A stretch of 64,000 nucleotides of DNA, from contig OZ336878.1 of assembly GCA_965287045.1 (NCBI GenBank), positions 51,708,001 to 51,772,000 of the forward strand, in the 5' to 3' direction. The stretch comes from Carcharhinus amblyrhynchos (Eukaryota). The position numbers and the translations under genes were made by a program. Shown in pieces: positions 63,709-64,000 of the stretch. The notes under the pieces are model-generated. The model had not been told where the DNA came from, ran no database searches, and worked only from the letters and a program-made list of their open reading frames with translations. Numbering within the stretch: the stretch's first letter is position 1; each line of letters begins with the position of its first letter.

Positions 63709-64000
63709 TTCTTAGTAGAATAATCAACATCTCCAGGGAAATGCAAAAGGTGATACCTATGAGGATATTATAGATAGTGAGCTCCAAATGACAGGCTGTC
63801 AGTCAGGTCCTCAGGAGTGACCAGATTTCATCTCCAGTGTTAGTCTCCCAGACCACGTATTTGTGTTATTCTGATTTTTTTAACAATAGGACTGCAGTCT
63901 GCTATGATTTCCATTTCTTTTCTGACAGAATCAAAGAAAGCATTAAAGGCTAAAGATTACGGTTGGTGAGAACAGAGGTCAGGAGTTTAACACTTTTATA

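Noticed and set aside
55814-64000. ROR1 short exon 4 (GPPPTASP-like)
   Set aside because: No segment with a matching peptide and both splice sites was found; it probably lies beyond the window.

Overview
Vertebrate genomic DNA, most likely a cartilaginous fish (HE1-type tRNA SINEs, DeuSINE cores, CR1 LINEs, Penelope-like elements). Two minus-strand genes lie in the same order as in human. The 3' half of ROR1 has five coding exons (CRD, kringle, TM, pseudokinase; 33329-55813). UBE2U has four coding exons (8749-13060) and a candidate CpG/RFX promoter near 17.0 kb; its remaining exons are not visible. The most unusual signal is four decayed reading frames whose degenerate motifs match, in order and approximate spacing, the L (RdRp/capping/methyltransferase) protein of non-segmented negative-strand RNA viruses: about 1-3380 (-), 7140-8100 (+), 19480-20730 (+) and 39830-41450 (+). 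Three of them directly abut truncated CR1 LINE ORF2 fragments in the same orientation. This suggests a cluster of endogenous viral elements (EVEs) captured by CR1. The assignment comes from manual translation and remembered motifs and needs tBLASTn/HMM confirmation. Penelope-like elements carry minimal hammerhead ribozyme motifs and form long fold-backs. Repeat and EVE boundaries are approximate; exon boundaries were read from splice sites.
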